From: Epiperipatus broadwayi
Lineage: Eukaryota > Animalia > Onychophora
Direction: 5' to 3'
Length of the DNA: 64,000 nucleotides
Assembly: GCA_028023455.1 (NCBI GenBank)
Contig: JAQFVV010000003.1
Location: forward strand, 24,056,001 to 24,120,000
Shown here: in pieces, positions 51,804-64,000 of the stretch
How the letters are laid out: the number at the start of each line of letters is the position of its first letter
Numbering within the stretch: position 1 is the stretch's first letter
Made by a program: the position numbers and the translations under genes
Notes under the pieces: model-generated
The model's input: only the letters and a program-made list of their open reading frames with translations
Databases searched by the model: none
Told to the model about the DNA's origin: nothing

Positions 51804-53782
51804 ATTTTAAGACATTTGCTAATGAATGAGGGGTGATATGTCCACCATTTTGATGGTATGGTATCGAATGGAGAGGCTTGGTTTGAATGCCCAGAGCCAG
51901 ATGTATGGAACTTCTACAGCACAATCAAAATCCTATAAACCTCTTGTTCCACAGGGAGTAGCATATACCCTGATTATGAACGATTTGAGAACTAGTACAA
52001 GGGGGAGATTTGGATTTCCGAAGTCCCCAATGACAAAGCAATAAAGACAATATATGTAAAAGTACCATAAGAGAAAGGAAAGGTAGGCCAGCAGTGTTAT
52101 ACCTGGTTTGACTCCTGTGCAATGATATATTTGAATAAAGAATCATTCAGAAAATTATAATGGAGAATAACTTTTTTAACTATGACATTGAACTAATGAA
52201 ATTTATATTTAACTTTGATTCCCATATACCTATTAACTGATAGAAGTAGCCCTCCAGGTAACAGCAAGAAAGGTGCAATAATTATATTAAGGTTCATGAT
52301 TTTTTAAAATGAAAATTTAAAGACAAATTCAAATAATGAAGTAAAATATGCATCCACAATAAAATATTTTAGATTAAAAAAACGTGAATAACAGATTTAA
52401 ATATAAAACCAACTTAGCGAGCGATTTCTGTTACTAATGAATAAAACTTACTAATAAATTTAACTAAAGCCACTGCTTCTTTCCCCATTAAACAAAGAAA
52501 ATAAACCCTTATTAGACTCATGAGGTTGACTGATATTGGCATATTAAAGAAAATGAATTATATATATACATTAAACAAAATAAGTTAAATATTTAATTGA
52601 GCCACACAAAGCTATATAGCATGAATTAAATGTGAAAGGGCATAGTGAGAACTACATTATACTAGTAAGGGATTACAGAGAGAGAGAGGAAGTTTAAGAG
52701 CGAAATTGGCAGGAACTTATAAATTAATATGCGAATTAAATACAAAGATTTAACTACATCTTATTAGAAATTACAAGAGGAAGTTACATATTAAAGCAGC
52801 TCTATATTACATGGGGTTACCTCAGCAAGCAAGTAGATGGAGGGTAAGCAGTCAGCAACCAGATGATTATCTTGTACTGCCGGTCAGATGGATGGAACTT
52901 GACAGCATCAGGTAGACAGTCTTCTGAGAGACCTGGAGAAAAGTGCTTCTTTTCTACTCACAGTTCATAGCACCTAATTGCTGTTGACTTCTTAAAATTT
53001 TAAAGTCGGGAAACACTTTTGAAAATTTAATTTACTAAAAATCATTCTCACAGAATTTTCTAAGTAACTCAAAGTAAAAACTGAAAGTGACTGAAAAGTA
53101 ACTGACTGAAAAGTAGTCTTTTGTTCTATGGGCCCTTTTATATACCTTTTAATCCCCCCAAGAATGCAATTTCAGTTGCCCACAGCTATCTCTGTAATCT
53201 CTTGATTAAATAAAAAACAATTAGTAAAATTTTTAAAACAGATAAGGCTCGAAATACCATTTTAGATATTTTTACAGATTTGCAAACAACTAACAAAAGA
53301 ATTGCTTACGATTTTAATTAAGATTTATAATTTTAATTAAGGAATACAATCTGACTATAGATAAAGATAATTTCAGTATTTTGAGCCTTTCCCATTTTAC
53401 TTTGTTTTTACATTTTAATCTTTAATTAAATATATATAAAAGATTTACAATTATATAAAGAAAATGTTTAGTTTCCAGCAATAAATATTAATAAAATTAT
53501 TGCTTCATTCATATATGTATATATGCATCATGCACACTACTGTTTTACTTTACTAAATAATTTTATTAATTCCTTGGATAATTAAGCCTACAGTGTGTGG
53601 GTGAATGGCATATATTTATGGTGAGGTCTGAATTGCAGGCCCCGCAGGAGGATAGTATAGATGGGGAAGCATGAAGCTCAATGATGATTAGACAGTAACT
53701 GCTTCACTGTGCAGGCGAAAAAAAAGCATATGGCTTTATTTATTAAGAGTTCATAAGAAGTTTGAGAACTAGACCAATAAGT

Positions 53783-53848
53783 CCAAGAATTGATTCTGGG
53801 ACCTTTCAATTCCAAGTTGAATATTCTACTAACTGCTCCATCCTAGTG
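53783..53848 (-). pseudogene. Degenerate tRNA-derived SINE head
   Basis: TGGAGCAGTTAGTAGAATATTCAACTTGGAATTGAAAGGTCCCAGAATCAATTCTTGG: decayed A and B boxes at tRNA spacing. Confidence 0.4.
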
Positions 53849-55329
53849 CAATGAAATAATTTATTTTATAGTGAACAGTATTTGGGGGGCAAAAGAACTT
53901 CAAACTTGTTAATCTCTTTGATTAAAACAATTTGAATTAATATATGGCCACTAATCACCAAACATGATAGCAGAATTGATGCATTTATCGTTAGCTTGTT
54001 GTGTTTGGAGTATATGTTTTTAAGAACAGGTTATCATCTATTGACTTTTTTTTTGTATTTGGATTATAGAAATCAAACTTGAATTTAGTAATTTTTTCTT
54101 TATAATTGATTTATTTATAATTTAGTGGAATATATTGAATAATTGTTTGTCAGTGTATATTAATGACAAGTGTTGATAGTCAATTAGTTAGTATGATTTT
54201 CAAATGTTTTACTCCTTTAGTTTTTCTTTATTATTATTTTTTAAACAACAAAACTTTTTAAAAACTATAAAAAAACATAATATCATTTACATCAGAGGTA
54301 AATTGTAGCTTGCAAAGCAAATATAGTTATTTGATCCCATTCTCACGGCTCTTTTTATCATGATAAACACATTTTTTATTTCGCCTTGTAATTTGTAAAT
54401 AAATATTTTGATGACTCTAGATGGAAAAAATGTACATTACAATATTGTTTTTGAATTTATCCTTATTATAGAATTGTAATTAATGTATATGATGGATATT
54501 TAAATATTAGAAATTTGTTAGTAAATCAAAATGTCAAAGTATATTTTTGTTTTTATTTAAGAAAATCTTTACTTTAATTAGAATGTATACAGATTCAATT
54601 ATGTTCTATTGTTATTTCCACAACCATTCAGAAATTCATATTTTTCACCTCTGTCCTTGCAGCTGTTTAAATGGGGGTGGAGATACTTCTTTCCTTGTGA
54701 TTTTTTAATTGGGGAAGGAAGAAGGAGACTTAAACAAAATGGCTTTTAATATTAAAATGTTTGCTGATCCATGATCTGCATGAAGATATTAACTAGTTAG
54801 TCATTCTGATAGACTTGAGAGCTAACAATCATTGAAATGAACCTGCTAATTTGGTGTTTGAATATAACATGATATCCTGAGCAACAACGATTTGGTTATT
54901 TTTTTAAATTAAAGCGTTGTTAATTTTTCTGTATGTGCTGAGATACTGTAGAGGGAGAGTCTTACTGTGATTGTAATTTTTTATCCACAATAAAAGTTAA
55001 TATATTGCATAATCAGTTTCCATCTTCTTCTATGGCCATTACTTTTATTTATGTTTCAAATGTACTTTATTCATTCTTTGAAAAGAAAAACATTGGTTAC
55101 ACTTATTTATTTATTTATTTATTTTTACAACACTAATTAAATCATAGACAGTAGATACAACAAATCAATAAAAAAAACAACAACCAGATATTATTATTGA
55201 GGCAAGTGAGTCATGCTATAGCTTTGAAGATTGAGAGAATCTTGACCAGGTTTCTATATATACCTTGTATTCGGAAACTTTTTTAGCTTCTTTTATTTCT
55301 AAAAGCAATTAGTAGTCTTCTTGAACTGT

Positions 55330-55920
55330 TTTCATAAACACATATGCATCTTGAGCATCATATAGCATAGAGAAGAAAGATATTAGCATGTACATTCAGA
55401 AAAAGACCAAATTCCTTAAACATATATCCAATATTTCTATTTTTATTCTTAAATATGATTGGTATTTCTGCCCTGATCTGGTCAAAGCTGAAACATTAGA
55501 AATAAATGTGAGATTCGATTTTGGACTCCCTTTTACAAAAACCACAGCCATCATTGATTGAATCTGTGTTTTATATTTGTAAAAAAAGTTGGTAGGTAAT
55601 GCTTGTAAGTTGGTCTTAACCATAAAATTAAAGAATTTGACTCAAGTGACCAATATCTAAATTTGTGATATAGTTGTTTATTTGTAAGTTCAAGTATAGT
55701 CTTTTCATGAATTTTTTGTTGCTGGAGAAAGTAATAAATATACTTCCCAATATTGGTATTTACCCTTTGGAGGAATATAGACAAGATTTTGTATTTCTAG
55801 GACTAAGTCTCTAATGGCCTTTAAATATCCTGTAAGTGGAGATTTATCATTTGAGAATTTTCTTAAATTTTGTAAAACTTTTAGCTTTATGTTTAGGAAA
55901 CATTGATTTTCTAATAACTG
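55330..55920 (-). mobile_element. L1/Tx1-like 3' fragment
   Basis: LQALPTNFF...GCGFCKRESKIESHIYF.C (zf-RVT-like). Confidence 0.55.
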
Positions 55921-55950
55921 TTACAAATTAAACACTTTGCTTAGATGCTA

Positions 55951-58872
55951 TGTCTAGCTAATCTAGGAGTGCACTTGCCATGAGTACAAATCACTACTCA
56001 CAGTTAATATTTAGATAATTTAACATATGATCCTTAATAACATTTTAACTATTTGCATATATACAATCATTTAACATAAGGTCCGAAGGTGTACATAAAT
56101 AATAATTTAGATCAGTATGACTTGTAAGAGTCCTAGCTGGTGGTTCCCACATTCAGAGGCCAGTTCTTCACAGCTGAAGTTACTGTGTCATGGGAGATGA
56201 TCTGCTCCAATATGTATGTTCTTGTGCATGGGTGAAGCTCCAAGAATGGAAGTGTTCTCTTGTTCATCAAATTAATACTGAGGCATTAATTGTTTAATCC
56301 CTGAAGTTGATTGGCTAGTAGTCCTGTTCATCCACTTAGGTGATTCTTCATTTTAATTTTTATACAAGAATTTACATAGTTATCTTTCTGACTTATCTAA
56401 CTTGGATTCCTTTAATTGTTTTTATTTCATTAATAATGTATTCTACTCTCATTAATTAGTCTGGTATTCATTTTAGAAAATAATTTTTTTCTAATCTTAA
56501 AATTATAAATCTTTTACTTACTAATTTTAAAATAATAAGTCTTTTAAAATTCTTTAATTTATTAAACTCATTACTTTTTCTCGCTATAAATTTATACTTG
56601 TAAAGTATGTGCATTTAAGCATACATATACATATCATTACTTCCCCAAATTCAGAGTTGAGGTTTTAATCTCTGTACTTACTACAAGTTATTAAGATATG
56701 TGAAGTTTTTTATCTTCTTTTTAGCGTACTCTTGAGAATTATGTTTCAACTCATTAGGTACATTCTCAGGAAATGTAGTTGTTTGAAAATCACAATTATT
56801 ATTTTTATTTTTCATGTCTATGCTAATATCTGGCCACCAAACATGACTAAGCACTAGGGCTTTTGCTTAGCTGATATCTCACAGATTATTATGCAGCTTA
56901 CCCTTGACTGGAATCAGTATACAATTACCTTTCATAATGCCACCTTTGTGTACTGATAGTTGCTTCTGGGCATTCTATAGTTCTTTGTGGAGGAAACTAG
57001 GACATTGCTTTAGCCAGCCTTCTTGAATCTGCTTCATAATCCATTGGTAGCTGTTATTTTCAGCCAACAAGCTACAATTTTATGGTTTACTCATATGTCT
57101 TTGTACTTCATTTCCTTATGTTTCTGGTCATTGTGAACTTTCTTTGACTTGATTTTGTTAATTACAGGCTGCTGGGAAGGTTTTCTCTCTCTTGAGTATA
57201 TTTATTTTACTCAAATTCATCTTAAATTCTCTCAGAAAGTTTTTTTTTTTTGTCGGGGTTATTCATTTTTTTAGCAATTGTAATTTTTACTCCCATTTTA
57301 CTGAACCAATCTTGTCCTAATATGGGGTTGATAGGGCATGTACTACATATATTGGTAGTACATTAATTTTGCTACATATAGTGGTAGTACATTAATTTTG
57401 CCCTGACTTTCATATATTGGCACTTCAACTATGCCCTTTATTTTAATGGCATTACCATTCATATCTAATACCTTTAGGTCAGTGTTTTGAATAATTGGTC
57501 TTTTTCTACAATATACCAATCGCAGACTGATATCAATGATACTCTGCTACCACTGTGGACTTTCATTTATATGGGCTGATCATGCAGCTTTAGTTTTAAC
57601 ATGATTTTGTCATCAAAGGTGGACATTTTTTTAATATTGGTATGCCAAATTACCTGACCCTGATATGAATGTTTATAACTTTTATTTTCCTTGTTGGGAT
57701 CATTACATGTTTCTTTACACATTTTTTTCATGTGCCCTCCTTTTTTTACAATTATTGCTGTGCTCTCTTTTATGAAAACCATTGCTAGCTTTGTGACCCT
57801 TTTTCCCACAGCAAAAACACACAAACATGTTTTTACAGATAGCACTATTTTCATTACTCTTAGACAATACTTTACTTATGGTTTTACAAACATCTGCTTG
57901 CAATTTGCTATTAATCTTGAACTCAGCAACTTTTTGAGATTGATCAAGCATGAGTTCATAAGCTATCTCATGTTTTATAGTCTCTATATAATTTAAATTG
58001 CTAATGGCCAATAATTGTTGGCATAAACTATCATTATACATACCCATAAGAAATTGTTCCATCAGGGCTTAGGAAAGATCCATAGACACAATTTTTTTCT
58101 AGATTATGAAGAGCACTATCATAAACTTTTATACTTCCATCCCAACTTTGTTTCCAGGCTTGGAATTGCAGTCTAGCAACATGCCTAGAGGATTGAGGAT
58201 TAAAAAGGTTTGACAAACACTTTTTAACCTAGTCGTATGTACAATCTTCAGGAGTTAGAGGTTCAGTAAGCCTGTTGCCTATCTCAATAACTCATCACCC
58301 AGCAAAACATAATAATGAAGCAAATCTTATATTTGTCGTCTTTAACTTTATTAATGAATAAGCATTTTTCTACATGTTGAACGTACTGATTCCAACTACT
58401 TGCCTCACTGTTGTCAAATTCACTGATTGCTACTTGCATAGCCTAAATTTAACCATTATTTTAATTAAGATTCAAATCAAGATTGTGACTGCTCCTAGTG
58501 ATATGTCTAGCTAATCTAGGAGCGCACTTCCCACAAGTACAAATCACTACTAACAGTTAATATTTAGATAATTTAACATACGATCCTTAATAGCGTTTTA
58601 GCTATTTACATATTTATGATAATTTAACATAATAAGGCCTGAAGGCATACATAAATAATAATTTAGATCAGAATGACCTGTAAGAGTCCTAGCTGGCTGT
58701 TCCCATGTTCGGAGACCAGTTCTCTGCTCCAATATATATGTCCTTGTTCACAGGTGAAGCTCCAAGAATGGAAATGTTCTCTTGCTCATCAAATTAGTAT
58801 TGAGGCATTAATTGTTCAATTCCTGAAGTTTATTGGCTAGTAGTCCTGTCCATCCACTCAGGTGATTCTTCA
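55951..58872 (-). mobile_element. Internally deleted Mag-like Ty3/gypsy LTR retrotransposon
   Basis: Direct TG...CA repeats 55951-56350 and 58504-58872. Gag (ISEFDNSEASSWNQY, FNPQSSRHVARLQF, CFCCGKKGH), protease (PILGQDWF) and integrase-N remnant (SHVWWPDI); RT/RNase H and integrase core not found. No TSD found. Confidence 0.85.
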
Positions 58873-58942
58873 TTTTAAAAGATAAAAAAATGTGAATGAA
58901 GCAAGACTCAGTATTTATATAATGTGTGAATGTGCTCTTTCA

Positions 58943-59180
<238 letters not shown>

Positions 59181-59987
59181 GTTTGTTTACAAAAACGTGT
59201 TGCAGTTATATATATATATGTAAGGAAAAGTACTGTGCATTTGCAGTTTAGTAAAATAATTTATATTCTATTGAAATCAAAACTTAACAAAACATGAGCT
59301 AATTATGTGTTATATACAATATACATGAAAGGAACTTTATAATCAAAATATGTTGGTTATTACAGCTACTCTGTAAACATATGATTATTTATTAATAAAT
59401 TTCAGTTTTGTAATTTATTTAATTATTCAAAAATATATGTCTTGTTAACATATCTTGAATATTAGATAGTAGAATAAAGACCCTGATTTATATAAACTGT
59501 CAAAAAGTATAATTTAAAGCTTAGTTTGTTCATTGATTTTTCTTTCTTTCTTCCTTTATTTTTTTTTTAAATATCCAGAGATTTTTATTTGCAAAAAAAA
59601 AAAAGAGAGAGAGAGAGACTTACATTGCATTCGATGCTTTATAATCAAATGTTTGATTGCTTTGAACATGAGTATATTTATTTGCCCAAACTAAGATTTT
59701 TTTAAAACTTTATTTAGATGAGAATCTAGAAACTATTACAGTTTGAGGGTTCTCCACCACTGTGCTAAGCTGCACAAACATTTGGTGTCTTAATGAATAG
59801 CAAGTATAAAGTTGTAAGACTGAATTCTTGTAAATAGTGTTTATATAGAGAGTCTGCATACATGGTATTATGGCAACTCAAACCCTTTGTGATTTAGTAC
59901 TGTGTGTATTCTGGAGGACCGATTGTAACTCACTTCTGCACCTTCTAGTGGTTGAATTTTTTATAAATTCCTGAGTAATAGACCATT

Positions 59988-60149
59988 GGCTGCAGAAAGG
60001 AGTTTGTTATTAACTGAAAGGAGACCCTTTGATTCCTTTTGGAGGCCTTAAAGGAACCAAGCAGAGCAAATTCCTAATGTCCACTATATGTTCTTATCGT
60101 TGCAGCTGTTATTACTATGTGATTATTCATATAGTATACGAACATGGAT
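59988..60149 (+). ncRNA. HDV-like ribozyme fold at the RTE 5' end (partly decayed)
   Basis: P1 GGCTGCA/TGCAGCT (59988-59994 / 60101-60107) with G1-U wobble; P3 ATG/CGT; L3 TTCTTAT; P4 10-bp hairpin 60113-60136; J4/2 CGAA (60139-60142); partial P2 GTCCA/TGGAT. Confidence 0.75.
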
Positions 60150-63100
60150 GAGCAGCTCACCAACAAGCCTTAGCCAGCGTGGTGAGTTTATTGGCTTTTT
60201 ACCTCCAAGTTTAAGAATATTTTTTCCAATATATACAATCATGACAGACAAAAATAAATCATGGCCCTTATTCCCAGGAGGCTGTAAAGTCACCAACCAA
60301 GGCGGCGGTTGGTGACTGAAGGCGGAGGGTGCTAAGAATCACCTGATTGCAGACTCAGGCTGCTATTTGATGATGACTTTTTATTTAGGTACTTATAACT
60401 GCAGATCACTTTCAAATGAAGGAAGATTGCAAGAGTTAGAAGAAGAATTGTCTTATATTAAATGGGACATTATTGGACTTTGTGAAGTTAGAAGAAAAGG
60501 TGAAGAAACAATTGATTTAAAAAGTGGACATATACTCTACTATAAAGGCACAAATATTGGAAATACAAGTGGAGTAGGATTCATTATAAATAAAAAATGG
60601 AAGAATAACATTGTGGAGATTGATGGTGTATCAGACAGAGTGGCAAGATTAGTTTTACAACTTAATAGCATATACCAAATGCAGGTAATTCAGGTCTATG
60701 CCCCAACAAGTTCTCATAGTGATGACATAGTAGAAGATTTTTATATGGATGTACAAAAGGCCTTTGATCAGAGTAAACAACATTTTAAAAATTGTTATGG
60801 GAGACTTTAATGCTAGAATTGGTAAACAAATGAAAGATGAAAATGCTGTAGGTACTTTTGGTTATGGTAATAGCAATGAGAGAAGACATAGGCTTGTGGA
60901 GTTTGCAGAAAAAGAAAAACTTTTATATTATGAATTCTTTTTTTGAGAAAAATGTTAAAAGGAAATGGACATGGAAGCATCTAAATGAAGGTACCGCAGA
61001 ATTGGATTATATTTTGATTAACATAAAATACATATTTCAAGATTGTAATGTTCTTAATAAATTTAACACAGGAAATGACCATCGATTAGTAAGATATAAG
61101 ATACAGGTTAATTCAAAACTAGAGAGACAAAAATTATTAAGAAAAACAAAATTTATAGTTGATATTCCTAATCTTCAGAAACATTCTAATGAATTTAGTA
61201 GATTTTGAACATGATTCAGATTTGCATGACATTAATAGGAAAATAACTTATACACTTTTAAAAACTGCAACAAAGATAGCTGGTAGAAAAAAGCAGCAAT
61301 TGACCAATAAAATTTCTACTGAGACTAGAGAATTTATGAAGAAAAGAAGCAATATAAGCATATACAAAAATGATGCATTAAAAAAGATTGAATATCTCAA
61401 ATTTTGTAAAATGGTGCAGAAAAGAGTTGAAAATAATATAAGAAAGTATAATTGTGAACTAGCAAGGAAAGCTGTAGAAGAGATTAAAAGTCTAAAGAAT
61501 GTAAAGCAACATTTTGGTATTGGTAGAAAATTTATGTCTGCAATAAGAAAAAAAGATGGCATTATTACTAAAAGAGAGATGACATCATGAAATGTAGAAG
61601 ACTTGTATCAAGAATTATATAGTAATAAAAAACAAGTGCCACCTATACCTATTATATCTTCTGAATTGCCCAGAATTTTAAATGAAGAAATGAGACATGC
61701 ATTTAAATTTATGAAGAAAGGGAAGGCTCCAGGTAATGATGGAATTGTAATTGATATATAAAAAGAAGCAGGTGAAGAAATAGAAATTTTTTTAGCAAAG
61801 TTATATACCAAATGTCTAAATGATAAAGATGTACCAGATGATTGGAAGAATGCAGTATTAATATTAATATTTAAAAAAGATGATAAAGAAGATATTAAAA
61901 ATTATAGACCTATCAGTCTTTTATTAGGGTTATACAAAATTTTTACTAAGATAATTACAACTCATCTACAGAAAACACTGGATTTCCACCAACCAAGAGA
62001 ACAAGCTGGGTTTAAAAGTGGTTTTAGTACAGTAGATCATATACAGGTATTGAGAGAAGTTATAGAAAGGACAAATGAATATGAGTTGCCATTATGCTTA
62101 GGATTTGTCGATTATGAAAAGGCATTTGATTCTATAAACATTTCTTCAGTGATTAAAGCATTGGATCATCAAGATGTAGATCCAGGATATTGTCATATTT
62201 TAAAGAATATTTATAAAAATGCAACAGCAACAATTAGATTACATAATGATAGTAGAAAAATCAACATTGAAAAGAGTGTAAGACAGGGTGACTCCATATC
62301 TCCAAAACTTTTTACAGCAGTGCTGCAAGAAGTATTTTGTGGATTAAAATGGGAAGCTAAAGGAGTGAAAGTAAATGGAGATTATTTAAGTCATTTAGAT
62401 TTTGCAGATGATGTAGTTGTTTTTGCAAATAATGCTTTAGAGCTACAGGAAATGTTGCAGGAGTTATCAGATGAAAGTAGGACTAAAGATAAATGTTAAA
62501 AAGACTAAAGTAATGTATAATAGATTTTCTCAAAATATGAAAATAAAGATTGATTATGATGAGTTAAAAGTTAACAGTTACAAATACCTTGGCCAGATTA
62601 TTAATACAGATGGAAACATAATGGATGAAATTAATCATAGAATTAAACTTGGTTGGAGTGCTTTTGGTAGAAATAACTTGATACTAAAAGAAAATATGTC
62701 TTTGTGTTTGAAAAGAAACGTTTTTAATAAATGTGTTTTGACTGTTCTTACTTATGGATCTGAGACTTGGGCACTTAATAGAAGAGCAATACAGAGACTT
62801 CAGACCACTCAAAGAAGTATGGAGAGATGCATATTGGGAGTAACAAGAAGATATCGAAAATGCAATGTATGGGTAAGAGAACAAACAGGTGTTACTGACC
62901 TCATTGAAAAAATTAAAAAACTGAAGTGGAGTTGGACTGGACATAGTACTAGAAGAGATGATAATAGATGGACATTTGAAATTTTAAACTGGATTCCAAG
63001 AGATTGTAAAAGACCCAGAAAGAGACCACATGTGAGATGGATGGATGAAATAAAAAAGTGTGCAGGGATGATGTGGAGAAGAGAAGCTAGAGATAGAAAA

Positions 63101-63162
63101 AGATGGATTGAACTTGGAGAGATCTTCATCCTGCAGTGGATGGATAATGGTTGATGATGATA
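59988..63162 (+). mobile_element. Full-length (~3.2 kb) RTE-clade LINE with frameshifted APE-RT ORF
   Basis: LGTYNCRSL, GDFNA, FVDYEKAFD, VRQGDSISP, FADD; (GAT)n tail; 11-bp TSD AATAGACCATT (59977-59987 / 63163-63173). Confidence 0.95.
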
Positions 63163-64000
63163 AATAGACCATTTGACTATTTATGTTAACCCAAATGAAA
63201 ATGAAATATTCACGATTTTTTAGGATGATATAAGATTATTTTTTACTACCTGTATTTTAAGATCTGATCTGTCATAAAGAGAAAATAATGTTATTTTAAA
63301 AATTCTAAAAATAATTCAGGTTGGTTTTGATATTGAACTACTATTCTGAAATTATCCATGATAGTTAAGAGACTGGTTGACCATCAGCGGAATAATTAGC
63401 CATTTAAAGAAGATATATTTCTAAAACTATAACAATCATAGCAACAATATTAATGAACAGATGTAAATCCAAGGTAAATTGGAAAGACTGAATTGATACT
63501 GGGTTTTTTTTTCACTGCTTCCTCTACTATGAGATGTTGTTGGAGAGGGCAATCAGCACTCGACTATTTAAAGACTGAAATAACTTATCTATATGAAAGT
63601 AATTCATAACTGCTTTCTTTTATGGCTTAAAATGATGGTTTGCTATTGATAATTAGCTGTTGCTCAATATAATATGACTAAAGTGTGCTGTTTTAGTACG
63701 CGATCTTCCCCATTTCGAATTTCAAAAACAGTCAAAAAGATACATACTTCTTTTGTAAAAAGTTTATAGGTGAAGAAAAGTATTGTAGATTTACTTATGA
63801 GATGGGGAAAAATAATCAATAGATATAAAATATTAACCTAATTATGGTAGCTCAGGTTTGCCAAATTTGTATTAATTGATTATTAGCCATGAAATGTTTG
63901 AATATAATAAATGCATTTGTTGCTTAGAAAGTTATGTTATACATGAATACCAAAGTATTGGAAAGAGCACAATAATTTTAACTCAATTCATAAAAATGAG

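Noticed and set aside
53688-53720. TTA GAC AGT AAC..CTT CAC TGT resembles the expected next peroxidasin exon (LDSN.LHC)
   Set aside because: No AG acceptor, preceded by TGA, needs a frameshift and has no following CDC; likely chance.
54955-55040. YCDCNF peptide as the LRR C-terminal cap exon
   Set aside because: Lacks RLDSN, has no suitable splice sites, and the downstream sequence is unlike peroxidasin.

Overview
Very AT-rich, CpG-depleted animal (probably invertebrate) genomic DNA. It is almost entirely intron sequence of one plus-strand gene: three 72-bp phase-2 leucine-rich-repeat exons (949-1020, 22790-22861, 36283-36354) splice in frame into a peptide matching LRR3-5 of peroxidasin. 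The introns hold decayed transposons: Penelope-like elements (PLEs) of two families, a full-length RTE LINE plus a 5'-truncated copy, an Ingi/Vingi-like LINE, several L1/Tx1-like fragments, a Buster-type hAT transposase relic and an internally deleted Mag-like LTR element. No transposon ORF is intact, and most short ORFs in the supplied track are chance ORFs or antisense shadows. The main signal is RNA-structural. (i) Non-coding hammerhead-ribozyme (retrozyme-like) repeats of two subfamilies occur at five loci, each an inverted (fold-back) insertion with an 11-14 bp target-site duplication (TSD); one subfamily has a ~450-bp tandem monomer. (ii) PLE pseudo-LTRs carry a tRNA-like A/B-box module just upstream of a minimal hammerhead. 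(iii) The RTE begins at an HDV-like ribozyme fold. All alignments and folds were done by eye, coordinates of degenerate elements are approximate, and no ribozyme activity or expression is shown.
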